The notes beneath the pieces are model-generated. The model ran no database searches, was not told where the DNA came from, and saw only the letters and a list, made by a program, of their open reading frames with translations. The position numbers and the translations under genes are program-made. From positions 3,360,001 through 3,424,000 of the forward strand of contig CBDCWI010000002.1 in assembly GCA_965223325.1 (NCBI GenBank): 64,000 nt of DNA, written 5' to 3'. Within the stretch, counting starts at the first letter, position 1, and every line of letters begins with the position of its first letter. This stretch comes from Candidatus Multivoradales bacterium (lineage in GTDB: Bacteria > Acidobacteriota > Thermoanaerobaculia > Multivoradales > Multivoraceae). Shown here one piece after another: positions 10,183 through 18,720 of the stretch.

Positions 10183-12801
10183 TCAACCACCTTGCAGTGT
10201 AGTGGCGGGATCGACGCGACTGGCCCGGTAGGCCGGTGCAAAGGTCGCCGCCATGGCGACGACGACCAGCGTCACAGCAGCCACCAGGTAGCTCAGTGGG
10301 TCCCGCGGATCCACTCCGTACAGAAAGCGCGCCAGCAGGAACGAAGCGCCGAGCGCCAGCACGATTCCGGCGACGATCCCTGCCGAGACCAGGCCGAACC
10401 CGTTGCCGAGAACTGAAAGCACCAGGTCACGCCGGCCGGCCCCCAGTGCGAGGCGGAGCCCGTACTCCGGACGGCGGCGGCTGACGCGATAGGAGACCAC
10501 CCCGTAGACCCCCACTGCCCCGATGACCAATGCCATCAGGCTGAACAGTCCGAGAAAGAAACGCAGCCGGAGAGGCTCAGCGAGGTGTGATTCCAGAACC
10601 TCTTCCATCGTCATCGGGCGTGCCAGGGCAACGCGGGAATCAATCTCTCTGGCGTGGTCACGCACGAGCGACAGCGCCGCCTGAGGTTTCTTGGTAGCGC
10701 GCACCAGCAAGGTCGCCGAAGACCAGGGTTGCACCTGCGCCAGTGGTCGATAGATCACGCTGCTCGGTCCCTCGCGCACACTGTCGTGACTGACCCCATC
10801 GACCACACCGACGATTTCGATCCAATCCTGATACTGGAAGCCGAGTTTCACCCGCTTGCCAACCGCAGACTCACCAGGCCAGAGCTTCTCGGCGAAATCG
10901 ATCCCCATCAGCGCAACCTGCGTCGTGTCTTCGCGATCACGCGCGTCCAGCCAGCGCCCGTCTTGAAGCTCGATGCCCAGGGTCTTGAAATAGTCGGGCG
11001 ACACGTAGCGCCACTTGCTGTTCGGGCGTTGGGCCCCGACCAGATCGGCGCGCCCTTCGGCCTCGATTGGACCCTGCACTCCCTGGTCGCGCAGGGGCAC
11101 ACGGTTGACCACCGCGGCGGCAGAGACCTCGGCGCTGGCGGTCACAGCTTCGATCAGGCGCATGAAGAAGGCCCGCCGCTCTCGGGGTTCGAGCTCGGCG
11201 TCGGCGAGGAAGAGATCGACCATCGCCACCCCTTCGGGGTCAAAGCCCGGGTCGAGACGGTAGAGCTCCACCACGCTACGCCCGAGCAACGTCGCACAGA
11301 TGACCAAAAGCGCGGCGATCGCAACCTCCCCGACGATCAGCGAGTGCTGTAGACGGCCGCGCGCCGAGCCGAGCAAGCCACGCGTGTTGAGCGGCCCCGA
11401 CGACACCCGTCGCCGCCACAATCCGCGGATGGGAGCCAGGGCCACGAGCAGGGCAACGAAGGGGGTGAGCACGAGGGTCGCTACGACCATTCGCCAGTCA
11501 AAGGCCAGGGTTTGATCGAAGCCGCCAGGAAGCGGCAGGCGTTCGACAATCGCACGGTAAGCGACCAGCGCCAGCGAGAGCCCGAAGACCGACGACACGA
11601 TGCCCAGAACCAGGCTTTCGGTCAACAGCTGGCGCGACAGCCTGAAACGGCCAGCGCCCATTGCCTTCCTGATCTCGAGCTCGCCCAGACGATCTGACAT
11701 GCGGGCCAGAAAGAGTGCCGCGACGTTGGTCGAAGCCATCAGCAGAAGAAGCGCCACCGCAGCAAAGAGAAGGAGCAACGCCGGCCGCACGGCCCCGAGC
11801 AGGTAGGTACGAATCGGTACCGTGAAGTACCCCAACGTTTTGTCCCACGCCTCTGGGTAGTGGAACTTCTCGCCAAGAGGGCCGACGAAACGGTCGAGAT
11901 CATGCGCCGCCTGCTCTTCTGATATGCCCTCTGCCAGCCGGCCGAGGATCACCAGCCAGTGGTTGTGGGCGTAGTCGGAGTCGGCGGCATCGACCACCAG
12001 CGGGCGCCAGAGGTCAACCTCAGGACTGGGAAAATAGAAACCCCGGGGCATCACCCCGATGACCGTTACCGTTTCGGCATCGAGCTCGATTTGACTCCCG
12101 ACGATGTCTTCTCGCGAGGCGTACTCACGGCGCCAGAAATCAAAGCTCAGGATGGCCACTGGCGGTGCCGCCAGGCGCTCTTCATCGCGCCGCAACAAGC
12201 GCCCGCGGAGCGGAGTCGCACCGAGGACCGAGAACGTATCGCCCGACACCAGCCCGACGTGGACCATCGACGTACGATCGCCGTTTCGGAGCGTCTGGCC
12301 GTCGTCGCTGTAGGCGGCAAGTGTCTCGTAGCTCGGCAAGTTCTCGCGCACGAAATCGAACTCCGCAGCGCTCCAGCCGTAGTCAGCCCAGAAGACCCGC
12401 ACACGCTCAGAGTCTTCGTAGGGCAGGGCCCGCAGCAACAGACCGTATACGGCGCTGCCGAGAGCCACAGTTCCACCGACCCCGAGGGCAAGGGTCAGAA
12501 CTGCTACCAGGGCGAAGCTCTTCTGCCTGGTCAGGTGACGGAACGCAAAGCGTGTGTCGCTGGTGAGCTCATCGAAGAACCGAACCCCCCAGGCCGTGCG
12601 CGCCGCATCTTTGTGGCGCCCGACGCGCCCGAAGCGCTCGAGGGCTTCGCGTTCGGCAGTCTTCGGTTCGACGCCGGCGGCAATCTGTTTGCTGGTCTCG
12701 CGATCGATGTGGAACTGCATCTCCTCGTCGAGCTCGCGCTCCATCGCCGTGCGCCGAAAGAGCGCCCGCAGGCGGAACCACCAACCGGTTTCTTCTTTCA
12801 T
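10183..12801 (-). CDS. ADOP-type duplicated MacB/FtsX ABC permease
   Basis: Permease-prefix ERELDEEMQFH, TLALGVGG, two FtsX halves, C-terminal PAYRASRVDP. Confidence 0.92.
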   Translation of the reverse strand: MKEETGWWFRLRALFRRTAMERELDEEMQFHIDRETSKQIAAGVEPKTAEREALERFGRVGRHKDAARTAWGVRFFDELTSDTRFAFRHLTRQKSFALVAVLTLALGVGGTVALGSAVYGLLLRALPYEDSERVRVFWADYGWSAAEFDFVRENLPSYETLAAYSDDGQTLRNGDRTSMVHVGLVSGDTFSVLGATPLRGRLLRRDEERLAAPPVAILSFDFWRREYASREDIVGSQIELDAETVTVIGVMPRGFYFPSPEVDLWRPLVVDAADSDYAHNHWLVILGRLAEGISEEQAAHDLDRFVGPLGEKFHYPEAWDKTLGYFTVPIRTYLLGAVRPALLLLFAAVALLLLMASTNVAALFLARMSDRLGELEIRKAMGAGRFRLSRQLLTESLVLGIVSSVFGLSLALVAYRAIVERLPLPGGFDQTLAFDWRMVVATLVLTPFVALLVALAPIRGLWRRRVSSGPLNTRGLLGSARGRLQHSLIVGEVAIAALLVICATLLGRSVVELYRLDPGFDPEGVAMVDLFLADAELEPRERRAFFMRLIEAVTASAEVSAAAVVNRVPLRDQGVQGPIEAEGRADLVGAQRPNSKWRYVSPDYFKTLGIELQDGRWLDARDREDTTQVALMGIDFAEKLWPGESAVGKRVKLGFQYQDWIEIVGVVDGVSHDSVREGPSSVIYRPLAQVQPWSSATLLVRATKKPQAALSLVRDHAREIDSRVALARPMTMEEVLESHLAEPLRLRFFLGLFSLMALVIGAVGVYGVVSYRVSRRRPEYGLRLALGAGRRDLVLSVLGNGFGLVSAGIVAGIVLALGASFLLARFLYGVDPRDPLSYLVAAVTLVVVAMAATFAPAYRASRVDPATTLQGG

Positions 12802-12813
12802 CGCGAGTTCCTC

Positions 12814-13164
12814 CTATGAAGGCACTGGCTCGCTGCGCAGGATCTGGTTGACGCCGCCCGACAGCCGCTCCCAGTGGGACGCCTCGCGTTCCAGCTGGTT
12901 GCGGCCCCGACGCGTCAACCGATAGAGGCGGGCGCGGCGGGCGTTCTCGGTCGTCGCCCAGCTCGACGCCAGGAAGCCTTGGGCCGTCAAACGGTGAAGC
13001 GCCGGGTAGAGCGATCCCTGGTTGACCTTCAACACATCGCCGGAGATCTGCTGGATGCGCTCGGAGATGCCCCAGCCGTGCATGGGCTCGAGCGATACCA
13101 CCTTGAGGATCAGGAGATCCATGGTGCCTTGAATCATGTCGGGACGAGGCGCTCTGCGGGCCAT
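12814..13164 (-). CDS. PadR family transcriptional regulator (acidobacterial type)
   Basis: QGTMDLLILK, HGWGISERIQQ, QGSLYPALHRL, ENARRARLYRLT; directly upstream of the ADOP gene. Confidence 0.93.
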   Translation of the reverse strand: MARRAPRPDMIQGTMDLLILKVVSLEPMHGWGISERIQQISGDVLKVNQGSLYPALHRLTAQGFLASSWATTENARRARLYRLTRRGRNQLEREASHWERLSGGVNQILRSEPVPS

Positions 13165-13174
13165 CGCTAGACCT

Positions 13175-13236
13175 TTCTCTCGACTATCTAGAGGAGCGAG
13201 GAGGATGACTCAAGCTCCTCTCGATTGTCAAGGGGA
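13175..13236. promoter_or_regulatory. two 21-bp imperfect palindromes, likely PadR operators
   Basis: TTCTCTCGACTATCTAGAGGA (13175-13195) and TCCTCTCGATTGTCAAGGGGA (13216-13236) are 16/21 identical, each is dyad-symmetric, and both lie just upstream of padR. Confidence 0.65.
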
Positions 13237-13332
13237 AGGCGGTGAGCAGCCCCGGACTTGCGCTAGAGACCGGGACCCCGCCACACTCGAGGCACCGACA
13301 GAAGTGATTTCGATCGACCTCCGGAGGCAACC

Positions 13333-14421
13333 ATGGCCCACCGATCCGTAACCCAGAGCACCCTCGTCGCTCTCCTCGTGGCAGCCGCTCCGCTCTCCTG
13401 CCCCGCAACCAGCGCCGCCCAGGCCAGCGAAACCACCAACGCCATTCCCCGAACCGCCGACGGCCGACCCGACCTCTCCGGCACCTACGACATCGCCAGC
13501 CTGACACCCTTTGAGCGCGATCCGAAGTATGGGGATCAGCTGTTTCTGACACCTGAAGAGGCAAGGAGAATCGACGAGGCCGCAGCGGCCGCGATGGCGG
13601 TCGCCAACAGTGCCAGCGATCCCGATCGCGGCGCACCGCCTGCTGGCGGCGACGGCTCAACAGGCGCCTCCGGCAAGGTCGGCGGCTACAACGCCTTCTG
13701 GGTCGACCCGGGCACCGCCACCCTGCCCATCGACGGCAAGTTCCGCACCTCGATCCTCACCGATCCCCCGAACGGCCGCCTGCCACCTTTGACCGAGGCC
13801 GGAAAAGCCCGCCGCGCGCTCATCAACCCCTACTCCAACCCCAACACCGGCGACGCCTGGTGGCTCGAAACCGGTGACGACCCCTACGACGGGCCCGAGA
13901 GCCTCTCGCTGCTCGATCGCTGCCTCTACGTCGGCGGCGCGAGCGTGCCAATGCGGCCGGTGCTCTATAACAACGTCAAGACCATCGTGCAGAGCCCCGA
14001 CCACGTCGTCATCAACATCGAGTGGATGCACTGGGCGCGCATCGTGCGCATCGACGGCGAGCACCCGCCGTCCGACATCCGCTCCCTCGGCGGCTACTCC
14101 GTCGGTACCTGGGAGGGCGAAACCCTGGTCGTCGAGACCAGGAACTTCCTCGCTCGCCCGGGAGTGCCGCGTGACCTGCGGGTCATCGAACGTTTCTCGC
14201 GGCTCGACGCCGAAACGCTGCTCTACCAATTCACCGTCGAAGATCCCGACTACGAGGTGCCCTACAGCGGCGAACTCCCGATGCCCGAGACGAGCGGCAA
14301 GCTCTACGAGTACGCCTGTCACGAAGGCAACTACGCGATGGGCAACATCCTGCGCGGCGCGCGTCTCCTCGAAAAAGAGGCGCTGGCAGCCAACAAAGCA
14401 GAAGAAGAAGACGCGAAGTAG
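13333..14421 (+). CDS. conserved secreted hypothetical protein
   Basis: Signal peptide; motifs PRTADGRPDLSG, DPPNGRLP, GYSVGTWEGETLVVET and YEYACHEGN; strong coding bias. Confidence 0.8.
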   Translation: MAHRSVTQSTLVALLVAAAPLSCPATSAAQASETTNAIPRTADGRPDLSGTYDIASLTPFERDPKYGDQLFLTPEEARRIDEAAAAAMAVANSASDPDRGAPPAGGDGSTGASGKVGGYNAFWVDPGTATLPIDGKFRTSILTDPPNGRLPPLTEAGKARRALINPYSNPNTGDAWWLETGDDPYDGPESLSLLDRCLYVGGASVPMRPVLYNNVKTIVQSPDHVVINIEWMHWARIVRIDGEHPPSDIRSLGGYSVGTWEGETLVVETRNFLARPGVPRDLRVIERFSRLDAETLLYQFTVEDPDYEVPYSGELPMPETSGKLYEYACHEGNYAMGNILRGARLLEKEALAANKAEEEDAK

Positions 14422-14435
14422 ACGAGGGAGAACGC

Positions 14436-15416
14436 CTAGGCGTTCACATCAACCACCAGGCGACCGCGAACGCGGCCGGCGAGCTGCTCGCTGGCGGTCG
14501 CGATGACCTCACCGAGCCCGATCTCGGCGGTCATCGCATCGAGCGCCGCTGGATCCAGGTCTTCTGCCAGGCGGTTCCAGGCCTGGATACGGAGCGGCTT
14601 GGGGCATTGCACACTGTCAACACCTGCCAGGGTCACACCGCGCAGGATGAACGGCATCACCGTCGCCGGCAGGTCCATTCCCTGTGCCAGGCCACATGCC
14701 GCCACCACGCCACCGTACTTCGTTGCCGCCAGCACGTTGGCCAAGGTGTGACTGCCCACCGCATCGACCGCGCCAGCCCAGCGCTCTTTGGCCAGTGGCC
14801 GCCCCTTCTCCGACAATTCGTTGCGGTCGAGAATCTCTGCCGCGCCGAGACCTTTGAGGTAGTCCGCCAACTGAGTGCGACCGGTCGAGGCGACCACCTG
14901 GTAGCCGCGCTTGGCAAGGAGCGCCGTCGCCACGCTCCCCACACCGCCGGCAGCACCGGTCACCAGCACCTCGCCGTCGTCGGGCGAGACTCCGCCGCGC
15001 TCGAGGGCGAGCACGCACAGCATGGCGGTGTAGCCCGCCGTCCCAATCGCCATTGCCTGGCGCGTCGTAAACGCTTCCGGCAGCGACACCAGCCAGTCAC
15101 CGCGCACGCTCGCAAGCCCCGTCATGCCACCCCAGTGGAGCTCGCCAACTCCCCAGCCGTTGAGCACCACCCGATCACCCTTCTTGAAGTCGCCATGGGA
15201 ACTCTCTTCGACCGTACCCGCCAGATCGATGCCCGGAACCATCGGGAAGGTGCGCACCACCGGCGAGGCACCGGTAATCGCCAGGCTGTCTTTGTAGTTG
15301 AGAGTCGAATAGTCGACCTTCACCTGGACGTCGCCGTCAGGGAGGTCGGTGGCCTCGATGTCGGTGAGCTCGGCGTGGCTTCCGTCTTCGCTCTTCGTGA
15401 TCAGGATGGCTTTCAT
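14436..15416 (-). CDS. acuI: AcuI/YhdH-family MDR oxidoreductase (acrylyl-CoA reductase-like)
   Basis: [52 protein letters not shown]. Confidence 0.88.
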   Translation of the reverse strand: MKAILITKSEDGSHAELTDIEATDLPDGDVQVKVDYSTLNYKDSLAITGASPVVRTFPMVPGIDLAGTVEESSHGDFKKGDRVVLNGWGVGELHWGGMTGLASVRGDWLVSLPEAFTTRQAMAIGTAGYTAMLCVLALERGGVSPDDGEVLVTGAAGGVGSVATALLAKRGYQVVASTGRTQLADYLKGLGAAEILDRNELSEKGRPLAKERWAGAVDAVGSHTLANVLAATKYGGVVAACGLAQGMDLPATVMPFILRGVTLAGVDSVQCPKPLRIQAWNRLAEDLDPAALDAMTAEIGLGEVIATASEQLAGRVRGRLVVDVNA

Positions 15417-15494
15417 TCTCTTTTTTCTCAGGTCTGTGCTCGTGTTCGGGCCGCAGAGTACACCTCCGGGCCGCGAACTGTAGGCTCAGAAGCG

Positions 15495-16748
15495 ATGACG
15501 CGACCCAGAGCCTCAGCCACCGCTCCCTGGAGGGAGATTCTCCTCTTCGCCAGCGCACTCGCCCTACTTGGCCTATGGAGCCTCGCCTGGGCCAGAAAAC
15601 CCGACACCGTCGAATTCATGCTGGCACTCCTCACCCGCCCCAGAACGCTTGCCGTCATCGCCGGCCTCCACCTCGTCGCCCTCGGCCTCGTCATCACTCG
15701 AGCCGCCGCCGCACCCGCAAGTCGCAAGCGAACCGCACAGCTCGCCGGCCTGTGCGCGCTGGGCGTTGTGACGGCTGCTGCCACCGTCAACACCGCCAAA
15801 CAGAGCCTCCTCCTCCAGGGCAGCGACCTCCTGAGCGAGAAGCTGCGCCAGTACGACCGCATCGCCGAAGACGTCGACACCGTCTTCCTGGGCTCCAGTC
15901 GCATCTACCGGCACTTCGATCCCAACGTTTACGACGAAACGCGAAAGGCCCTCGGCTCTCCGGGGCTCTCCTTCAACCTCGGCGTCCCCGACATGCGCAT
16001 GCTCGAGGCCCTGCACATCGCCGAGTGGCTCTTCGAGCGCTCCACCGCTATCAAGACCCTCATCGTAGAAGTCGAACCCAACCCCTTGGAGCTCCCCGAG
16101 TGGAACCGCCGCGCCGCGCGCACCGTCGCCTGGCACGACCAAGCCGCCATGGCGCGCATCCGCCGCGGAATCCAATCGCTCCCCGAGAAAGATCGCACCG
16201 CGGTACTCGCCGCCCACCTCGAGCCCTTCCAGCGCAACCAGGCCGCCACCGGGCGCGCCCTCAACGCCCTAGGCCCCAGAAGCGACAAGCCGCGAATCGA
16301 CCCGAAGCAGCGCGGCTACCAGTCCCTCGAACAGAACCGACTGGAGCCCATCTCCCCGGAGGAGGCCCAGGAACTCGAACAACGCTGGAACCGCCTTCAC
16401 CAACGCCCCGGCCGCTGGCAACAAACCCTCGCCGAACTCAGAAGAACCGAAGCAGCGGCCACCGTCACCGACCCCTTCGAACTCGAACTCTTCGCCGAAC
16501 TAGAAGGCCTCGCCAAAGCCAACAACGCCAAACTCATCTGGCTCATCTCACCGAGCCCACGACGCCGCCCCAATATCATCGCCGCCCACCAACAAGGCGT
16601 CGTCAAGACCCTCCTACGCTTCGACGACCCCAAGAAGTACCCAGACTTCTACCAGGCCAACGGCCGCTACGACCGCCACCATCTGAACAGCGAGATGGCC
16701 AAGCGCATCACCCGCCTGGTCGCCGCCGAGCTAGGTGCCGCACCCTAG
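15495..16748 (+). CDS. membrane-anchored SGNH/DUF1574-like protein
   Basis: Start reassigned to MTRPRAS (15495). Three N-terminal TM segments, then FLGSSR...FNLG...DRHHLN (Ser, Asp, His as in SGNH-like proteins). Confidence 0.7.
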   Translation: MTRPRASATAPWREILLFASALALLGLWSLAWARKPDTVEFMLALLTRPRTLAVIAGLHLVALGLVITRAAAAPASRKRTAQLAGLCALGVVTAAATVNTAKQSLLLQGSDLLSEKLRQYDRIAEDVDTVFLGSSRIYRHFDPNVYDETRKALGSPGLSFNLGVPDMRMLEALHIAEWLFERSTAIKTLIVEVEPNPLELPEWNRRAARTVAWHDQAAMARIRRGIQSLPEKDRTAVLAAHLEPFQRNQAATGRALNALGPRSDKPRIDPKQRGYQSLEQNRLEPISPEEAQELEQRWNRLHQRPGRWQQTLAELRRTEAAATVTDPFELELFAELEGLAKANNAKLIWLISPSPRRRPNIIAAHQQGVVKTLLRFDDPKKYPDFYQANGRYDRHHLNSEMAKRITRLVAAELGAAP

Positions 16749-16749
16749 G
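16700..16749 (+). repeat. 50-bp direct repeat, copy 1 (3' end of gene 15495..16748)
   Basis: 44/50 identical to 18545-18594. Confidence 0.85.
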
Positions 16750-16939
16750 ACTCACCGGGGGACAATCGCCCTGGCCCTCGAGACGGCGCGGACTGCTTCG
16801 CCGGCAGACCTATTCGCAACCGGCTTTGCCGATTCCAGCACTTCGGTACCCTTGACGCCCCCCAACAGGGATAGGAATAGGCATCCTCCATCGGAAAGCG
16901 CTCGCGTGTTAGTCGCCGCCGCTAGCCACTTTCATTATT

Positions 16940-17155
16940 GGGCTCTTCAGGATCTGTGGCGGGTGAAGGAAGTCGCACCTCCCTCTACAAGGACGGCCGG
17001 AACCCGGGTGAGGAAGCGCGAGGTGAGCCCAAGCTCCTGTTGGCGTTGGACTTGCCTGTACCGAAAGCCTGTGGCGAGCGCTGGATCGCGTGACGTGCGC
17101 AGCCTTCCCACCCAGGATCTGGGCTACGCTACGTACCACAGATCCTGAAGAGCCC
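16940..17155. mobile_element. 216-bp MITE-like / internally deleted IS with 20-bp perfect terminal inverted repeats
   Basis: GGGCTCTTCAGGATCTGTGG (16940-16959) and its exact reverse complement (17136-17155). The GGCTCT.. end resembles ISL3-type ends. No transposase and no clear target duplication seen. Confidence 0.65.
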
Positions 17156-17156
17156 G

Positions 17157-17374
17157 CACACCTTCATTGCGGGTCGTTTCGTCAGTGAAGCTGGCGTATC
17201 GAACTGCGGTGACCGCCGCACCTGTTGTAACGGAAACAACATGCTGTCTCTTTCTGTGAGTGTCGTCGCAGCGTTTCGTGCCAGCAGCAGACCGCCACCG
17301 CAACTGCCGCCTGCAAAACGAACTGCGAAACAGTGTTTGAGTGCGCGGGTGCTCCTGACCCCTACCTCGGATAA
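17157..17374 (+). pseudogene. remnant of a small Cys-rich protein, 5'-truncated, with one apparent frameshift
   Basis: HTFIAGRFVSEAGVSNCGDRRTCCNGNN // AVSFCECRRSVSCQQQTATATAACKTNCETVFECAGAPDPYLG*. Nine Cys; stop lies 5 bp before the next ATG. Confidence 0.4.
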
Positions 17375-17379
17375 GTTCA

Positions 17380-18156
17380 ATGCGACTTTACTGCCCCCTA
17401 TTACGCCGCGTTTTGCTCGTAGGCTGGTTAGCTACGGCCTCCATGGGCGCAGCGCAAGTGAAAGACGAGGCGGCGCCTCGTTTTTCCGCCGCGATCGCCG
17501 ACCTGGCTGTCGGAGGAGAAGAAGCAACCCTCCTGGTTCTCACGGAGGCCAACGGTGACAAGAGTTTCGCGTACTCAGGGCTGCTCTCCTACCTCGGATC
17601 CCATTTCCGATTCTCGTCCTCACAGGAGAACGCTCGAGCCGAGTTTCGGTGGTCTCTCGAGGATCAGGAGCGCGGATGGTGGGCACGCTGCGAGTACGAT
17701 TACAACGTCGAGATCTCGACAAACTTTGGGTCGCTGAAACGAGCAGTCGCCGAAAGGAAGCCTGTGCAGGAGCTGTCGTTTCTTACAAGTGACGGATTCT
17801 CATTCGTGGATCAGGGCCGATTCGATCGACCATACGTTCTCGAGGAGCATCTCTACGATGCACTGGAAGAAGCTGACTACTCTCAGGATCTCCCGGCCAC
17901 AACACTGCGTGCGGTATCGGTCCTGTCGGCAATGCCGATCCTGGTTGAGGCGGGTGTTTCTTTCGGGGGCGTTTCGATCCTGTGTGACCCTGATTGCGAG
18001 CCCCTTCGAGTGACCTTGAAGGGGGAACGAGCGGTTGACTCGAGAGAGGCCCTGGAAGAGTTCAAAGACCTGGCTGAGGAATTCTCGCTGGTCCTCGATC
18101 AGTCCAGCTACTCCAAATTGGTCAGTTCACTCCGGCGTTCCATTGCGAACGAGTAG
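17380..18156 (+). CDS. secreted hypothetical protein
   Basis: 258-aa ORF with signal peptide; codon usage looks less GC3-biased than the flanking core genes. Confidence 0.65.
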   Translation: MRLYCPLLRRVLLVGWLATASMGAAQVKDEAAPRFSAAIADLAVGGEEATLLVLTEANGDKSFAYSGLLSYLGSHFRFSSSQENARAEFRWSLEDQERGWWARCEYDYNVEISTNFGSLKRAVAERKPVQELSFLTSDGFSFVDQGRFDRPYVLEEHLYDALEEADYSQDLPATTLRAVSVLSAMPILVEAGVSFGGVSILCDPDCEPLRVTLKGERAVDSREALEEFKDLAEEFSLVLDQSSYSKLVSSLRRSIANE

Positions 18157-18259
18157 ACGGTCTGCCCTCCCAGACGACTCGTGTTGCTCGCAGGGTCAAC
18201 GCAGCAAGAAGTCTCGAAATCGCGTCGACCAGCGCCGAGATTGCAAGTGTGCTTAACGG

Positions 18260-18330
18260 GTGATTCTCCGCGAAAGCCACCTGAGCCACCTCGCAGGCTT
18301 GCTTGACGACCACCCTGTTGTTGCGTTGCC
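18260..18330 (+). pseudogene. N-terminal fragment of an AAA_14/DUF4143-type ATPase
   Basis: MILRESHLSHLAGLLDDHPVVAL resembles the family N-terminus but stops just before the expected GPRQxGKT Walker A. Confidence 0.4.
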
Positions 18331-18544
18331 GATCGCCCCGAGGATCAGGGCGAGGATCGCCGCAATGGCCAGAATGATGCCCGTTCGAAGCACATTCGAC
18401 ACTGACCAGCCCTCCGCCAAGCCGCTCCGTCGACTCGCCAAACTGATCGGACCGAACCCTCTCGGGCTCTTCCACGTTCTCGACACAGCGATCGACGTTC
18501 TTCGGGAGCGCACCCTCGACGAGAAGTAGAACGACTGGAGTGTG

Positions 18545-18594
18545 CAAGCGCATCAGCGGGCTGGTCGCCGCCGAGCCAGGGGCCGCACCCCAGG
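18545..18594 (+). repeat. 50-bp direct repeat, copy 2
   Basis: 44/50 identical to 16700-16749; the TAG stop of copy 1 reads CAG here. Confidence 0.85.
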
Positions 18595-18720
18595 TGCGAG
18601 AGCGCGAGGGTGAGACTCTTGGCGCAGTTCGAAGATCCAAGCGCCGGGGCCAGCAACAAGGTGGCCTAGGCAGGACTGCAGGACTCGTCGTCACCCTGCT
18701 CGAGTGAAGCTATCGGAGCT

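Noticed and set aside
14607-15494. N-terminal extension of the 713-aa ORF, and likewise the 2963..3562 extension of the TPR ORF
   Set aside because: They overlap acuI and mpl on the opposite strand; better internal starts exist.
16940-17155. Retron msr/msd (a1/a2 repeats) or SRP RNA
   Set aside because: There is no reverse transcriptase in the window and no SRP domain IV motif.
16850-18530. Integron cassette array
   Set aside because: Only isolated GTTAG/TAAC words were seen; there are no properly paired attC sites after the ORFs and no integrase.
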